The position numbers and the translations under genes are program-made. Under the pieces are notes generated by a model. That model did not search any database, was not told the DNA's origin, and was given only the letters and a program-made list of their open reading frames with translations. 64,000 nucleotides of DNA from a virus: IMG/VR virus record IMGVR_UViG_3300013125_000002; one strand, written 5' to 3'. Shown piece by piece: positions 44,798-53,798 of the stretch. Position 1 is the stretch's first letter. Every line of letters starts with the position of its first letter.

Positions 44798-46525
44798 TCA
44801 TTGAGCAGAACCAAAGACTTCGGGGCACTCAATGACCAGAAGGTCCCGAATGAGCCCTGCGACCTCACGCATCTGTGGATGAGCTTTCGGCGAAGTCCGC
44901 AACTTGATGAAGTGCAGCCACTCGCGGAAGTTGGCAGTGACCACGAACTCCGTCTTGAGGCAAGTCGGAAGCACAGAGCGAGCTATCTCAGGCTTGCAGC
45001 CGTGTTCGATCATGTTCAGATAACAACGCTCGGCAGTCTCAACAGAGAGTCGCCACTGGTCTCGGTTGAATCCAGTGCCCATCTCAGCCAGACCTGGCGG
45101 TTCGATGACAGTGATCTCCCCACCAAACTTGGCTTTGGAGTAGTTGCAGTACCGCGAACTCTCCTGAGAGTAGCTTGCTAGCCGATGTCGAACGAACTCG
45201 TGTGAATTACCAGACCAGCATGGCCGCCCATTCCTCCTCACATACAGCAGGTGATTTGGCACTGTCACACAGTATACGTTGCCGTGATATTCCTCCCATC
45301 GTTCGTGCGGCTCTCCGTGGAACATCTTTTCGCCGTGATTGACTAGTGGAGTATTTCTACCTGTCACGTAGGAGATCACGTGACAAGGATGTCTATGAGT
45401 CAATCCAGACAAGCCACCAAGTTTCCCAACACGATCATCTATCCATGTCGTGGCGGATATCCCAGCATACAAGGCCGCCTCCTGAAGGTCGTCAGCCAAC
45501 CCCGGCGAGATCGTGTACGCCTGCATGTGCCCAGTCTTGCTGTGTACTGAGCCATCACCCACAACATGACATAGAAGAAGTTGCAGAAGATCAGCCCCTG
45601 AGAAGTTTTGGAGAACTGACCTTGGAATACGCTTGTTTATTGCACCATGATATGGGAGCAAATAGTGGTAGAGAGCTACGTCACAGATCGAAATCTGTTT
45701 GTTGATTTCGGATCCATTGTTGGCAATCGCTGGCTCGTAGCCCATTTCTCGCAAGACGACAAGCATATCTTGCAGGGCAGGTCCCACATTTTGATACAGC
45801 TGGATCTGATAGGAGGAGCCCGCTGTGTGCTCTAGCCCTCCCTCAGCAAGCCAGTAGCCAAGAAACTTGGCAAACAGACCGGTGGGAAAGGTACGGCCGC
45901 GTCGTGTATGAGGACTAATCGTGCCATGCCTATTCCCCTGCTCAGTTATGAAGTCATCAATCGTGATCTGGTTCCAACCACCTGACCTCCGCAAAGCATC
46001 ACGTTTGTAGCTGACTCGTTTCCCTGCGATCTTCTCAGCAGACAGCAACTGCCAACCTTCCTCACCACGTCGAGCCGCTTGCGTATCGTGCTTCTGGACG
46101 TACATGCTGTGCTCTGGCGTCACGAGCAAGTTGATCAGGCTAGTTCTGATATTGTACATCTCACCGTCGTACCGCTGCCTAATCAATACAGACGCCGGTT
46201 GAAATTCTACTTGCCCGTGTGGCCCCAGTGTAGCAAACCGCTCATCACCACATACATCCGGCCAGGACCGCCACCCTTCAGACGTGAGGACATCAGTGTC
46301 ATCAGAGTAGCAACAACCACGATCACAGATCACTCGGAAGCTGGCCACGGCATGCTCGACCACAGATTCGTGTCCGCGCTCGTGGATCATCTTGACGAAT
46401 GCCGTCGCACTGTCCTTTGTGATCTTGTCTTCACTCTTGTAGCAGGTTCTCCCTGCTCGCTCAAGAAACTGAGCAGCGTTGGGAGTGATGAACAGTAGCT
46501 CTACTGACTGCGGAACGATCTTCAT
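44798..46525 (-). CDS. thyX: Flavin-dependent thymidylate synthase ThyX, intein-containing
   Basis: AGRTCYKS, GHESVVEH, SHEFVRHRLASYSQESSRY, ARSVLP, NFREW.HF..LR; start ATG 46525. Confidence 0.93.
   Translation of the reverse strand: MKIVPQSVELLFITPNAAQFLERAGRTCYKSEDKITKDSATAFVKMIHERGHESVVEHAVASFRVICDRGCCYSDDTDVLTSEGWRSWPDVCGDERFATLGPHGQVEFQPASVLIRQRYDGEMYNIRTSLINLLVTPEHSMYVQKHDTQAARRGEEGWQLLSAEKIAGKRVSYKRDALRRSGGWNQITIDDFITEQGNRHGTISPHTRRGRTFPTGLFAKFLGYWLAEGGLEHTAGSSYQIQLYQNVGPALQDMLVVLREMGYEPAIANNGSEINKQISICDVALYHYLLPYHGAINKRIPRSVLQNFSGADLLQLLLCHVVGDGSVHSKTGHMQAYTISPGLADDLQEAALYAGISATTWIDDRVGKLGGLSGLTHRHPCHVISYVTGRNTPLVNHGEKMFHGEPHERWEEYHGNVYCVTVPNHLLYVRRNGRPCWSGNSHEFVRHRLASYSQESSRYCNYSKAKFGGEITVIEPPGLAEMGTGFNRDQWRLSVETAERCYLNMIEHGCKPEIARSVLPTCLKTEFVVTANFREWLHFIKLRTSPKAHPQMREVAGLIRDLLVIECPEVFGSAQ
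45206..46312 (-). mobile_element. Intein (369 aa) with LAGLIDADG homing endonuclease
   Basis: CYSDDTDVLT...VTPEH...LGYWLAEG...VVGDG...VYCVTVPN..LYVRRNG...SGN|S. Confidence 0.92.
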
Positions 46526-46624
46526 TGTCGACTCCTCAGTACTTCCCACGTCGATAGTTGCCCAGCCGTAACCCAGACCAAAGACAACTACCATGCAAAG
46601 GACAAAGGTTGTGCAAGTCATGGC

Positions 46625-46822
46625 TCAGATCAATCCATTCGACTCAGCCCACCACTTCTTCACGGCCAGGAGACCTTGGCTGTTGTCTTCATCATCGTAG
46701 ACTTCCGAGTCATCATGGATGACCGACTTTGGTACCCAGATGTCCTCCCCATCGATCTCACACAGGAGGGCCTTCTCGGTTGCCCGCTTTGCTACTACAT
46801 CGTGAAACTCTGCCTTTGCCAT
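46625..46822 (-). CDS. Small hypothetical phage protein
   Basis: TEKALL...WVPKS motif; GAGGAG RBS. Confidence 0.65.
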   Translation of the reverse strand: MAKAEFHDVVAKRATEKALLCEIDGEDIWVPKSVIHDDSEVYDDEDNSQGLLAVKKWWAESNGLI

Positions 46823-46829
46823 GGTCTCC

Positions 46830-48737
46830 TCAGAAGATGAACTTCGTCTGGCCGTTTTCCTTCACGACCTGGATGGTCTTGTTGAAGAATGACTTCAAAT
46901 GGTCCTCGTGAGTGATGACAAAGATCGACCCACTTGTGGCCACCATACTGCTGAGAAGCTGCATCACACTTTCGACCCCAGGCTCATCCAGCCCCTCGAA
47001 TGGCTCATCAAACCATCGCTGAGGTAACGACTTCCGAGACCTGGCTGACACAAGATCAGATATGGTGAAGTTGATCGAAAGGTCTGCACGTCTTCTCTCC
47101 CCACCACTGTTGCCCGCGTAGTTCTCAGCTCCGGCTTTGTTCTGCACCGAAACGTTGAATTGCTCTCTTGTCTCACCGCTCTTCAGAGTCGTTTGGGTTT
47201 GGAACTTGATCTCAAGATCGCCTTCCGTCAGTGCTTCACTGTACTCCGCGACCTTTCGATTCATGTACGGGACCACGTTACCAAGAACGAAGCTCTTGAG
47301 TCCACGGTTACTAAAGCCCGACACCCAGAACTCGAGGTACTGCTTCTCGAGACTGACAGCACGGATCTTGGGAACCAGTGGAATGAGTTTCGCCTGAGCC
47401 TGGTGGTGCTGTTCCTCAGCCTCTTCGATCAGCTCAAGGAACCCAGAGGTCTTGGCCTTCACTCGTTCGATGTCTTGTTCGAGGTCGTGACGGTCACTCT
47501 CGTAACCATCAATGACACTTTGCTGGCTCTTGGCTTGAGCCAACTCTGACTCAAGCTGGTGCTTTTGCTCCTGAGCCTGCTCCAGGAGCTTCCTGCCATC
47601 CTCCAGAGACTCCTCACGTGACTTCTCACCCTGTTCAGCAAGCTCTGTAGCCTCCCGAAGAGCTTCTGTAAGGCGGGGAAGCGCCATACCCGTCTGATCA
47701 GCCTCAGCCTGTAGAGCGTCGATAACAGACGCCTGGCTTTCGGCTGTCACTTCCTGACCACAAGTAGGACAAGTTCCAATCCTCCCCAGAGCCTTCAGCC
47801 GTTCCTTATCCAGGCGTTCTAGCTCGCGTATGACTGCCATGCGATCAATAATCGCCTGATTCTTGTAAACCGAGAGCTTCCTCAGCTCAAGTTGACTTGT
47901 GGTTGTGTACTTCTGGTAGATATCCGTCATCCCCTCGAGCTTACTGCAAGCAGCTACGAGGTCTTTCTCAACCTGCTTCACGTCACGCTGAGCTGCCTTG
48001 AGCTGACTGAGTTTCTGATCAAGCACTTGCAGTTTGGATTCTAGAACCCTTACTTCCTCTTGTTTCGCGGAATCAAACTGTTGATGCAGCTGGTTGTACC
48101 GAGATACTTCACCTTCGGCCCAAGCAATCTTCTGCTCCAGAGCCTCGCGAACCCCAAGCCAACCATTGAGTTCAAGAGTGAGCGCAGCGACCCGCTTCTT
48201 CACGTTGTCATGAGCTTTTGCGATGGTGGCAACCTGCACCGCTCGCTCAAGCACATTCTTGATCTCAGAGTCTGTCATCTCACTGAAGCGCTTGAAGCTC
48301 CCCTGTGGGAGCATCGGCCCCTGGATGAAAGTCTCGAAATCAATGCCAAGAATCTTGTGGATCTCAGCCTGCGTGTCAGCTGTAGTTGCCTTCGTGAGAT
48401 CAGCAAGAGGAGTGCCAATATCATCTACCAAATGAAGCTCGAGCCGATTCTTGTACTGACTGTGCTTGCGATAGCGAGCCACACGATAGTGGGCATTATT
48501 CTCCGAGACGTACCCCACAACGTGGCAGTTCTTGCCAACGGAGCGGTTCACTACCTCATCTGCTGTGTAGCCTCGGACAGTCTGCCCAAAGTAGCACCAG
48601 CAGATCGCTTCATAGATAGTGGACTTGCCATGACCATTCTCACCTGTGACCAGAACTAGGCCCTGGTTAGCAAGCGGAATGATCTGACGATCACCAACTC
48701 GGAAGAAGTTCTCGATCTCTATCTGTTCGAAGATCAT
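46830..48737 (-). CDS. SbcC/Rad50-like ATPase (gp46-like)
   Basis: GENGHGKST, CPTCG zinc hook, SGGE, FDEPF, ITH. Confidence 0.93.
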   Translation of the reverse strand: MIFEQIEIENFFRVGDRQIIPLANQGLVLVTGENGHGKSTIYEAICWCYFGQTVRGYTADEVVNRSVGKNCHVVGYVSENNAHYRVARYRKHSQYKNRLELHLVDDIGTPLADLTKATTADTQAEIHKILGIDFETFIQGPMLPQGSFKRFSEMTDSEIKNVLERAVQVATIAKAHDNVKKRVAALTLELNGWLGVREALEQKIAWAEGEVSRYNQLHQQFDSAKQEEVRVLESKLQVLDQKLSQLKAAQRDVKQVEKDLVAACSKLEGMTDIYQKYTTTSQLELRKLSVYKNQAIIDRMAVIRELERLDKERLKALGRIGTCPTCGQEVTAESQASVIDALQAEADQTGMALPRLTEALREATELAEQGEKSREESLEDGRKLLEQAQEQKHQLESELAQAKSQQSVIDGYESDRHDLEQDIERVKAKTSGFLELIEEAEEQHHQAQAKLIPLVPKIRAVSLEKQYLEFWVSGFSNRGLKSFVLGNVVPYMNRKVAEYSEALTEGDLEIKFQTQTTLKSGETREQFNVSVQNKAGAENYAGNSGGERRRADLSINFTISDLVSARSRKSLPQRWFDEPFEGLDEPGVESVMQLLSSMVATSGSIFVITHEDHLKSFFNKTIQVVKENGQTKFIF

Positions 48738-49321
48738 GGCCGGCGCTGAGCAAAGGCAAGAAGGTCTTGAAGCTGTGTCTTGAGGTGCTCCATGGTACCG
48801 TTGTTGTCGAGAACGTAGTCCCAGTCCTTGTAGTCCTCGAGATCTACCTCTGACCGGTGAGTATCCATCACAGGGTCAAATGGAAGGTTGCGCTCGCACT
48901 TGACGACCAACCCACCAAGGTTGTGGATCGCCACTGCCTCGTTCTTGAAACGAAGGTCTGTCACCAACAGACTCACGTTCGACTCAGCCTGGTAGCGACG
49001 AGCCAGAGACTTGACCCAAACATCAGGATCAATGTGAGTCCGAAACAGCTCCGTTCCTACCTGCTGGAGAGCCCATCTCGGCGTGAAACCCCAGAACGCA
49101 TCAGGAGTGCCCTTCAGGTCACCATTGACCTGCTCCTCGTTGAACCCGAACACGACCTTGCAGATCTCCTTGAGTGGAGCTGCAAACGCATCGAGCCTCA
49201 CTGGCAGACACTGGATCTGGAGAAAGTACTTCATCCACTCAGCAGCGGTATTCTTCCCCCGCATTCTCCGGTGACCAAACGCGATCAGGATCTTTTTCAT
49301 CTCATCCCTCGAGAGCAACAA
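48734..49321 (-). CDS. Deoxynucleoside monophosphate kinase (T4 gp1-like)
   Basis: GK.TAA, FAAPLK, TPRWALQQVGTE, TDLRF.NE, H.SE. Confidence 0.88.
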   Translation of the reverse strand: MLLSRDEMKKILIAFGHRRMRGKNTAAEWMKYFLQIQCLPVRLDAFAAPLKEICKVVFGFNEEQVNGDLKGTPDAFWGFTPRWALQQVGTELFRTHIDPDVWVKSLARRYQAESNVSLLVTDLRFKNEAVAIHNLGGLVVKCERNLPFDPVMDTHRSEVDLEDYKDWDYVLDNNGTMEHLKTQLQDLLAFAQRRP

Positions 49322-50408
49322 CTTCGTTGTACCAGTGCATCCCCACTTCGATCAAGTACTCAGGATCAAGATCTTGAATGTCCTGAGTCTCGACAAATTC
49401 AGTGATCATGTTCTCCATGTCCATGCCTGCCTGGAAGACCCCACCAGACTGTGAAAGTTGTTGCACCCCTTCCTCGACAAACTCCACAGCTCGGACACCC
49501 TGCTGGAGCATCTCTGTCTTGATTTGATCTTCATCAGAAGGTCTCTCACCCGCCGGCCAGACCACACGCACGAAGTGACCCTTCAACCCTCCAGCCGTTA
49601 ATGCAGCAGGCAGTCCAACAGAACCAATCTTGATGAACTGAGGGCTCGACAGGGGATGGAACTCAACTGTTCGCGAGTCCGTATCCCAGATAAAACATCC
49701 CCGGTCCTGCCCAGCATCCCCCCAGTTGTGTTGCATTGCAGCCCCCACATAGCGAACGTTGGGGGCAAGCTGCTGGGGCTCATGGTAGTGCCCCAAAAAC
49801 ACCTGGTCGAACTCCTCTGGGAAGAGATCAGATACCTCCAGCAGCTCCTTGTCCGTGAGAACAAAGTTGGACCCTGCGAGGGCTCCACTTACTCCAATGT
49901 GGCCCAATAGAACCCGAGGTCCACGCTCTAGGGGTGCATTACCTTTCGACAGAGCTTTTTTGATCCCATCGACAAGAACATGCCGCTCAGCACGATAGGG
50001 TACCGCCAAGACCAACAAGTACCCATGCCCATTCTTCACTGGGAACCGGTACCAGCCAATCTCATCCATGACGGTTGTCATGGACTTAAACGTATGGATG
50101 CTGTGGATAGACCCGCCACGATCCACCTGGTCGTGATTGCCAACCAGAAGACCTAGCGGCTTTCCGATCTTGAGAGTTGCCATCATCTCAAAGACCAAGT
50201 TGAAGGACTGGACGTTGATGATCCTTCGCACATGAAACAGGTCACCACCGAACAGGATTGCATCCACTCTCTCCTGTTCGGTGATGACCTTGATCTCTTT
50301 CAGTACGTTAAGCGAGTCCATGAGCCTGGAGTTGACCCCAGACGGAAGCATTTCGGAGTAGTGCTTGAAGGTGTGTGCGTGAAGATCAGAGAAGACCAGG
50401 ACTCTCAC
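49302..50408 (-). CDS. SbcD/Mre11-like nuclease (gp47-like)
   Basis: SDLH, GGDLF, GNHD, LGHYH. Confidence 0.92.
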   Translation of the reverse strand: MRVLVFSDLHAHTFKHYSEMLPSGVNSRLMDSLNVLKEIKVITEQERVDAILFGGDLFHVRRIINVQSFNLVFEMMATLKIGKPLGLLVGNHDQVDRGGSIHSIHTFKSMTTVMDEIGWYRFPVKNGHGYLLVLAVPYRAERHVLVDGIKKALSKGNAPLERGPRVLLGHIGVSGALAGSNFVLTDKELLEVSDLFPEEFDQVFLGHYHEPQQLAPNVRYVGAAMQHNWGDAGQDRGCFIWDTDSRTVEFHPLSSPQFIKIGSVGLPAALTAGGLKGHFVRVVWPAGERPSDEDQIKTEMLQQGVRAVEFVEEGVQQLSQSGGVFQAGMDMENMITEFVETQDIQDLDPEYLIEVGMHWYNEVVALEG

Positions 50409-50425
50409 AGGCTCGCTCCGTTCAG

Positions 50426-51580
50426 CTACTTGACCACCATCTTCGAGTAGTAGTTCTTGACCACCTCAGAAACCAACTCCGGGTACTCTGGATGGGTCAT
50501 CACCTTCTCTCTGAACCCTCGCCAGCCCTGGAACTTGATCTCCGTCTTTCCAGTCTTCCAGGTCTTCCAGGTCGTGCCCGCGATGATCCCTTGCTTCTGC
50601 CCCTGCTCGAAGACTGAGTAATCCAAACTGAACCCAAAGCCACCGATGCACGGGACCTCTACCGTCCTCAAGATCGGAGCCATCTTGTTCTTGAGGATCT
50701 TCACCTTGATCTTATGGCCGATGGTGGTCTTCTCTTCGTCCGTACCTTCACTGATCGCTCCGATGCTCTGAAGACGAATACGAAGAGTGGCGAAGAACTT
50801 CATCTTCTCCCCACCATAGGTTTCCCACGGATCACCATACTTCACATCCATCTTGCGATAGAGATGGTTGGTGATCACAAAGGCGATGCGCTGCTTGCTG
50901 ATCTTGTTGACGACCCTCTGCAGGTTCTGCCCAACTACCTTGGCAGCTTCTGCATAGAACTTGTCATCTGCTGCAGCTGCCTCCTGAGCCTTGGTAGGAG
51001 TACCTCCGAGGGAATCCCAGCCAAGGCAGATGAGCCGCTCATCCCCAGCATCACGAATGACCTCAATCAGAGCCTCATCCTTCTCGAATACTTCCTCGAT
51101 GGTAGCTGCCGGAACAATGATGAGACGTTCGAGATCGACTCCCAGCTGCTCCCAGTAGGCAAGGTCCAACGCCTGCTCGGTGTCTGAGACAGCCGCGATG
51201 CCGCCTGTTGCCTGAGTCTCAGCCACGATCATACCAAGCAATGTGGTCTTGCCGGTACTGTTGAGCCCACTGATCTCCGTCATCCTCCCGAAAGGAACAA
51301 GCGGACGGGGCATAGGCAAGCCACCAGCGATGGCAGAGTCGATCAGGAAGTTGCGGGTCGAGACCGAGTGCTCAACCTTGCAGAGGATGGTTCCGGAATT
51401 GGGGATGAATGCGGACTCCTTGCCGAACTTCTTCTCCATCTTGTGGACGACATCGGCGATGAAGTCAGCATCTCTGGCACGCTCTGGATCAACCTGTGGT
51501 TCTTCCTGCTCGGCCACCTCTTCTACCTCGACCTCAGACTCTTCTTCCAAAGAAGCTCGCTTGACTGCCTGCCTTGCCAT
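50426..51580 (-). CDS. recA: RecA/UvsX-like recombinase
   Basis: GRMTEISGLNSTGKTT, DTE.ALD, WDS, TYGG..KF.A..R, KNKMAP. Confidence 0.92.
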   Translation of the reverse strand: MARQAVKRASLEEESEVEVEEVAEQEEPQVDPERARDADFIADVVHKMEKKFGKESAFIPNSGTILCKVEHSVSTRNFLIDSAIAGGLPMPRPLVPFGRMTEISGLNSTGKTTLLGMIVAETQATGGIAAVSDTEQALDLAYWEQLGVDLERLIIVPAATIEEVFEKDEALIEVIRDAGDERLICLGWDSLGGTPTKAQEAAAADDKFYAEAAKVVGQNLQRVVNKISKQRIAFVITNHLYRKMDVKYGDPWETYGGEKMKFFATLRIRLQSIGAISEGTDEEKTTIGHKIKVKILKNKMAPILRTVEVPCIGGFGFSLDYSVFEQGQKQGIIAGTTWKTWKTGKTEIKFQGWRGFREKVMTHPEYPELVSEVVKNYYSKMVVK

Positions 51581-51595
51581 TCCGATCTCCTAAAC

Positions 51596-51653
51596 AAAAA
51601 GGGTAGTCTAGCGAGTTGGCACTACAGCTAGCCACATCTCGCTAGACTACCCT
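51596..51653 (-). terminator. Intrinsic terminator after SSB
   Basis: AGGGTAGTCTAGCGAG/CTCGCTAGACTACCCT plus U-tract on minus strand. Confidence 0.8.
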
Positions 51654-51671
51654 CGCGGTGCTGAAGGTGAA

Positions 51672-52850
51672 CTACTTCTGACCGACGGCTGCCCTCATCT
51701 GGGCAACCAAATCTTCGGCTCCTCCGACTGCCTTCCCGGTAGCAGGAGACGCCTTGGCCGCAGGCTTCGCAGCGGGCTTTGCAGCTGCTGCCTGACGCTT
51801 GGGCTTGGGGGGCTCATCCTCGATGCCGCAGGCCTTCTTGCACTCCGCGAAGAGCTGGCAGTCGGCGTTGCAGACAGAGTCCTTGGGGTCACACTCCTTG
51901 CCGTAGCAAGGCGGGTACTCGAGCTGCTCTGCGCCCTCCAGCTCCGCCTCGAGCTGCTGCTCATCCTCCTGCTGCCCCTCCTCCTGACCCTCACCAGCAG
52001 CCTCCTGTGGCTCCTCAGCGGCCTGCTCCTCTCCACCCTCCTGGGACTCCTCAGCCTGCTGCTCGGCCTCTTCCGTGCCTGCCTCGAGCTGCTTGGCCTC
52101 CTCCGGGTCCACACCCTCCATGAGAGCCCTCATCTCCGAGGGCTCCTTGAACGCCATCAGCTGGTCGAGATCGAAGAGGGTTGGCTCGGTCTTGACCGGG
52201 GCCTTGCTCTGCTTCGGGTTGAGGATGACACGGTAGTCCGTCTGGAGCCCAGTCCCCTCACGGGTGATGATCACATCGTAACCCGACTCGAGGTCCGTGA
52301 AGTCGATCTCCTCGGTGTAGAAGTCGAGCAGCTGCTTCATGATCTTCGGACCGTAGCTGAAGACCTGAACCTTCGGGGCACCCACCTTCGGCAGGCTGTC
52401 CTTGTCAGCACCACCAGCCACCAGCTCCTCGATGTCCTCCTTCTTCCAGATCGGGTCATCGAGATCGATGATGTTCGAGTAGGCACGCTGCTTGGCCCGC
52501 ATCTGCTTGGCCAGCTCGACATCAGCTGGGTCACTCGACTTCTTGTGCTGCTCAGCCTCTTCACAGACCGGGCATGGGCCCTTGGGGCCATCCTGCGAGA
52601 GCTTGGGGCACGGCAAGTGAACCGTGTTCTCCTCATCGGGACCGACGTTCCAGTGGACATACAGCTCCCGCCAGAACTGGTAGCTGTTCGGCCCCTTGTC
52701 AGTCCAGGGGGGCATGATCCTGATGCGGTTCTTGCCCTGTTCCGGGGACCAGTACCGCCGCGACGGATTGCCGCGAGAGGCTGCCTTGGCAGCCTCAGCA
52801 GCTGCCTTCTTCTTCGCCTTACCCATATCTGTCTTGAAAGCCACGCTCAA
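51672..52850 (-). CDS. gp32-like single-stranded DNA-binding protein with Cys-rich C-terminal domain
   Basis: NRIRIMPP...H...CP...CPVC...GYDVIITREGTG..TDY; acidic tail. Confidence 0.8.
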   Translation of the reverse strand: MSVAFKTDMGKAKKKAAAEAAKAASRGNPSRRYWSPEQGKNRIRIMPPWTDKGPNSYQFWRELYVHWNVGPDEENTVHLPCPKLSQDGPKGPCPVCEEAEQHKKSSDPADVELAKQMRAKQRAYSNIIDLDDPIWKKEDIEELVAGGADKDSLPKVGAPKVQVFSYGPKIMKQLLDFYTEEIDFTDLESGYDVIITREGTGLQTDYRVILNPKQSKAPVKTEPTLFDLDQLMAFKEPSEMRALMEGVDPEEAKQLEAGTEEAEQQAEESQEGGEEQAAEEPQEAAGEGQEEGQQEDEQQLEAELEGAEQLEYPPCYGKECDPKDSVCNADCQLFAECKKACGIEDEPPKPKRQAAAAKPAAKPAAKASPATGKAVGGAEDLVAQMRAAVGQK

Positions 52851-53422
52851 TCCTCCTGTGCAGCAGCCTTGACCGGCTGCCGTGTTGATGTAGCTGCCGT
52901 CCGCACTGGCTGTCTCGCGGGTGGCTGCTGCTTGTTCTCTGCTTTCGCCTTCGCTATCGCTGCCGCTTTCTGCTTTGCCATCTCCTGCAAGATCACTGGA
53001 TCAGCGTTACCCTCAGCACGATAGTTCGCGCCAAGTGAGATCAGCATCTCCTTACGCTGAGTGAATGCTTCTCTACCGGCCTGAAGCACCCCATACTGCC
53101 GTTTGCTCTCCAGGTACTCCTTCATCTTGGCCTGGTACCGCTTGTCCGTGATCACCTCGTTCTCGACCATCTTCTCAGTGAGCTTGACCTTGGCGACGAG
53201 TGCCTGACTTCGCTTTTCGTGGTCCAGCTGTGCGTAGAGGATGTCGAGATCGTACTTCTGCTTGGAGACCAAGTCCTTCGCCATCTCACTCAGGATTGCC
53301 CACCAAGCATACTTCCGAGACTGCTCCACGAACTCCGCATCAAGATCAGATGGATCGATCTTGATGTCGTCTTCCAGACTGGAAGAGTAGGAAATGCCAT
53401 TGATCGTGACCTGAACATCCAA
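52847..53422 (-). CDS. UvsY-like recombination mediator
   Basis: Position between polymerase and SSB; KLTEKMVEN.V..D..Y...AFTQRKEMLISLG. Confidence 0.6.
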   Translation of the reverse strand: MDVQVTINGISYSSSLEDDIKIDPSDLDAEFVEQSRKYAWWAILSEMAKDLVSKQKYDLDILYAQLDHEKRSQALVAKVKLTEKMVENEVITDKRYQAKMKEYLESKRQYGVLQAGREAFTQRKEMLISLGANYRAEGNADPVILQEMAKQKAAAIAKAKAENKQQPPARQPVRTAATSTRQPVKAAAQED

Positions 53423-53449
53423 CCCTTAAAAGCTATTCATGATCACTCC

Positions 53450-53758
53450 AAACCTGCCCGTCTCTCCGGGCCGTCACGCCGATTAGCGCCTGACGTTTGG
53501 CCACCCAGTTCGCATCCCGTTTATGGGGTCGGCTGAAACCAGGCTAAGGAGTCACTCCCCACAAGAGCCGGATGGGTCAAGGGACTCATCCGGCGGGCAC
53601 TACAAGAGCTCTTCATCACAAAGTTTGATCATCTGGTGGCAAGAGCGTTTACAGCGCTCGAGTCCACCACAGGTAGGGTTTCTTTTTCAAGTTAGTTCAC
53701 CTCTCAGCGTGTGGTGCTTCTTCAGGAACCGTCCGCCGGCCGGTCAGTACGGCCCCCA
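53450..53758 (-). ncRNA. Structured ~310-nt non-coding RNA or long 5' leader
   Basis: Starts right after promoter copy 4; multiple hairpins; no convincing minus-strand ORF. Confidence 0.5.
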
Positions 53759-53765
53759 GCATCTC

Positions 53766-53797
53766 TATCATACGAACGAGCACCCCCGGCCAGACAC
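53766..53797 (-). promoter_or_regulatory. Phage-specific promoter GTGTC-N16-TTCGTATGATA (copy 4)
   Basis: Conserved motif and spacing. Confidence 0.72.
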
Positions 53798-53798
53798 C

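Noticed and set aside
53450-53758. tmRNA
   Set aside because: GGGGGC 5' start but no T arm/CCA 3' end and no tag reading frame recognised.
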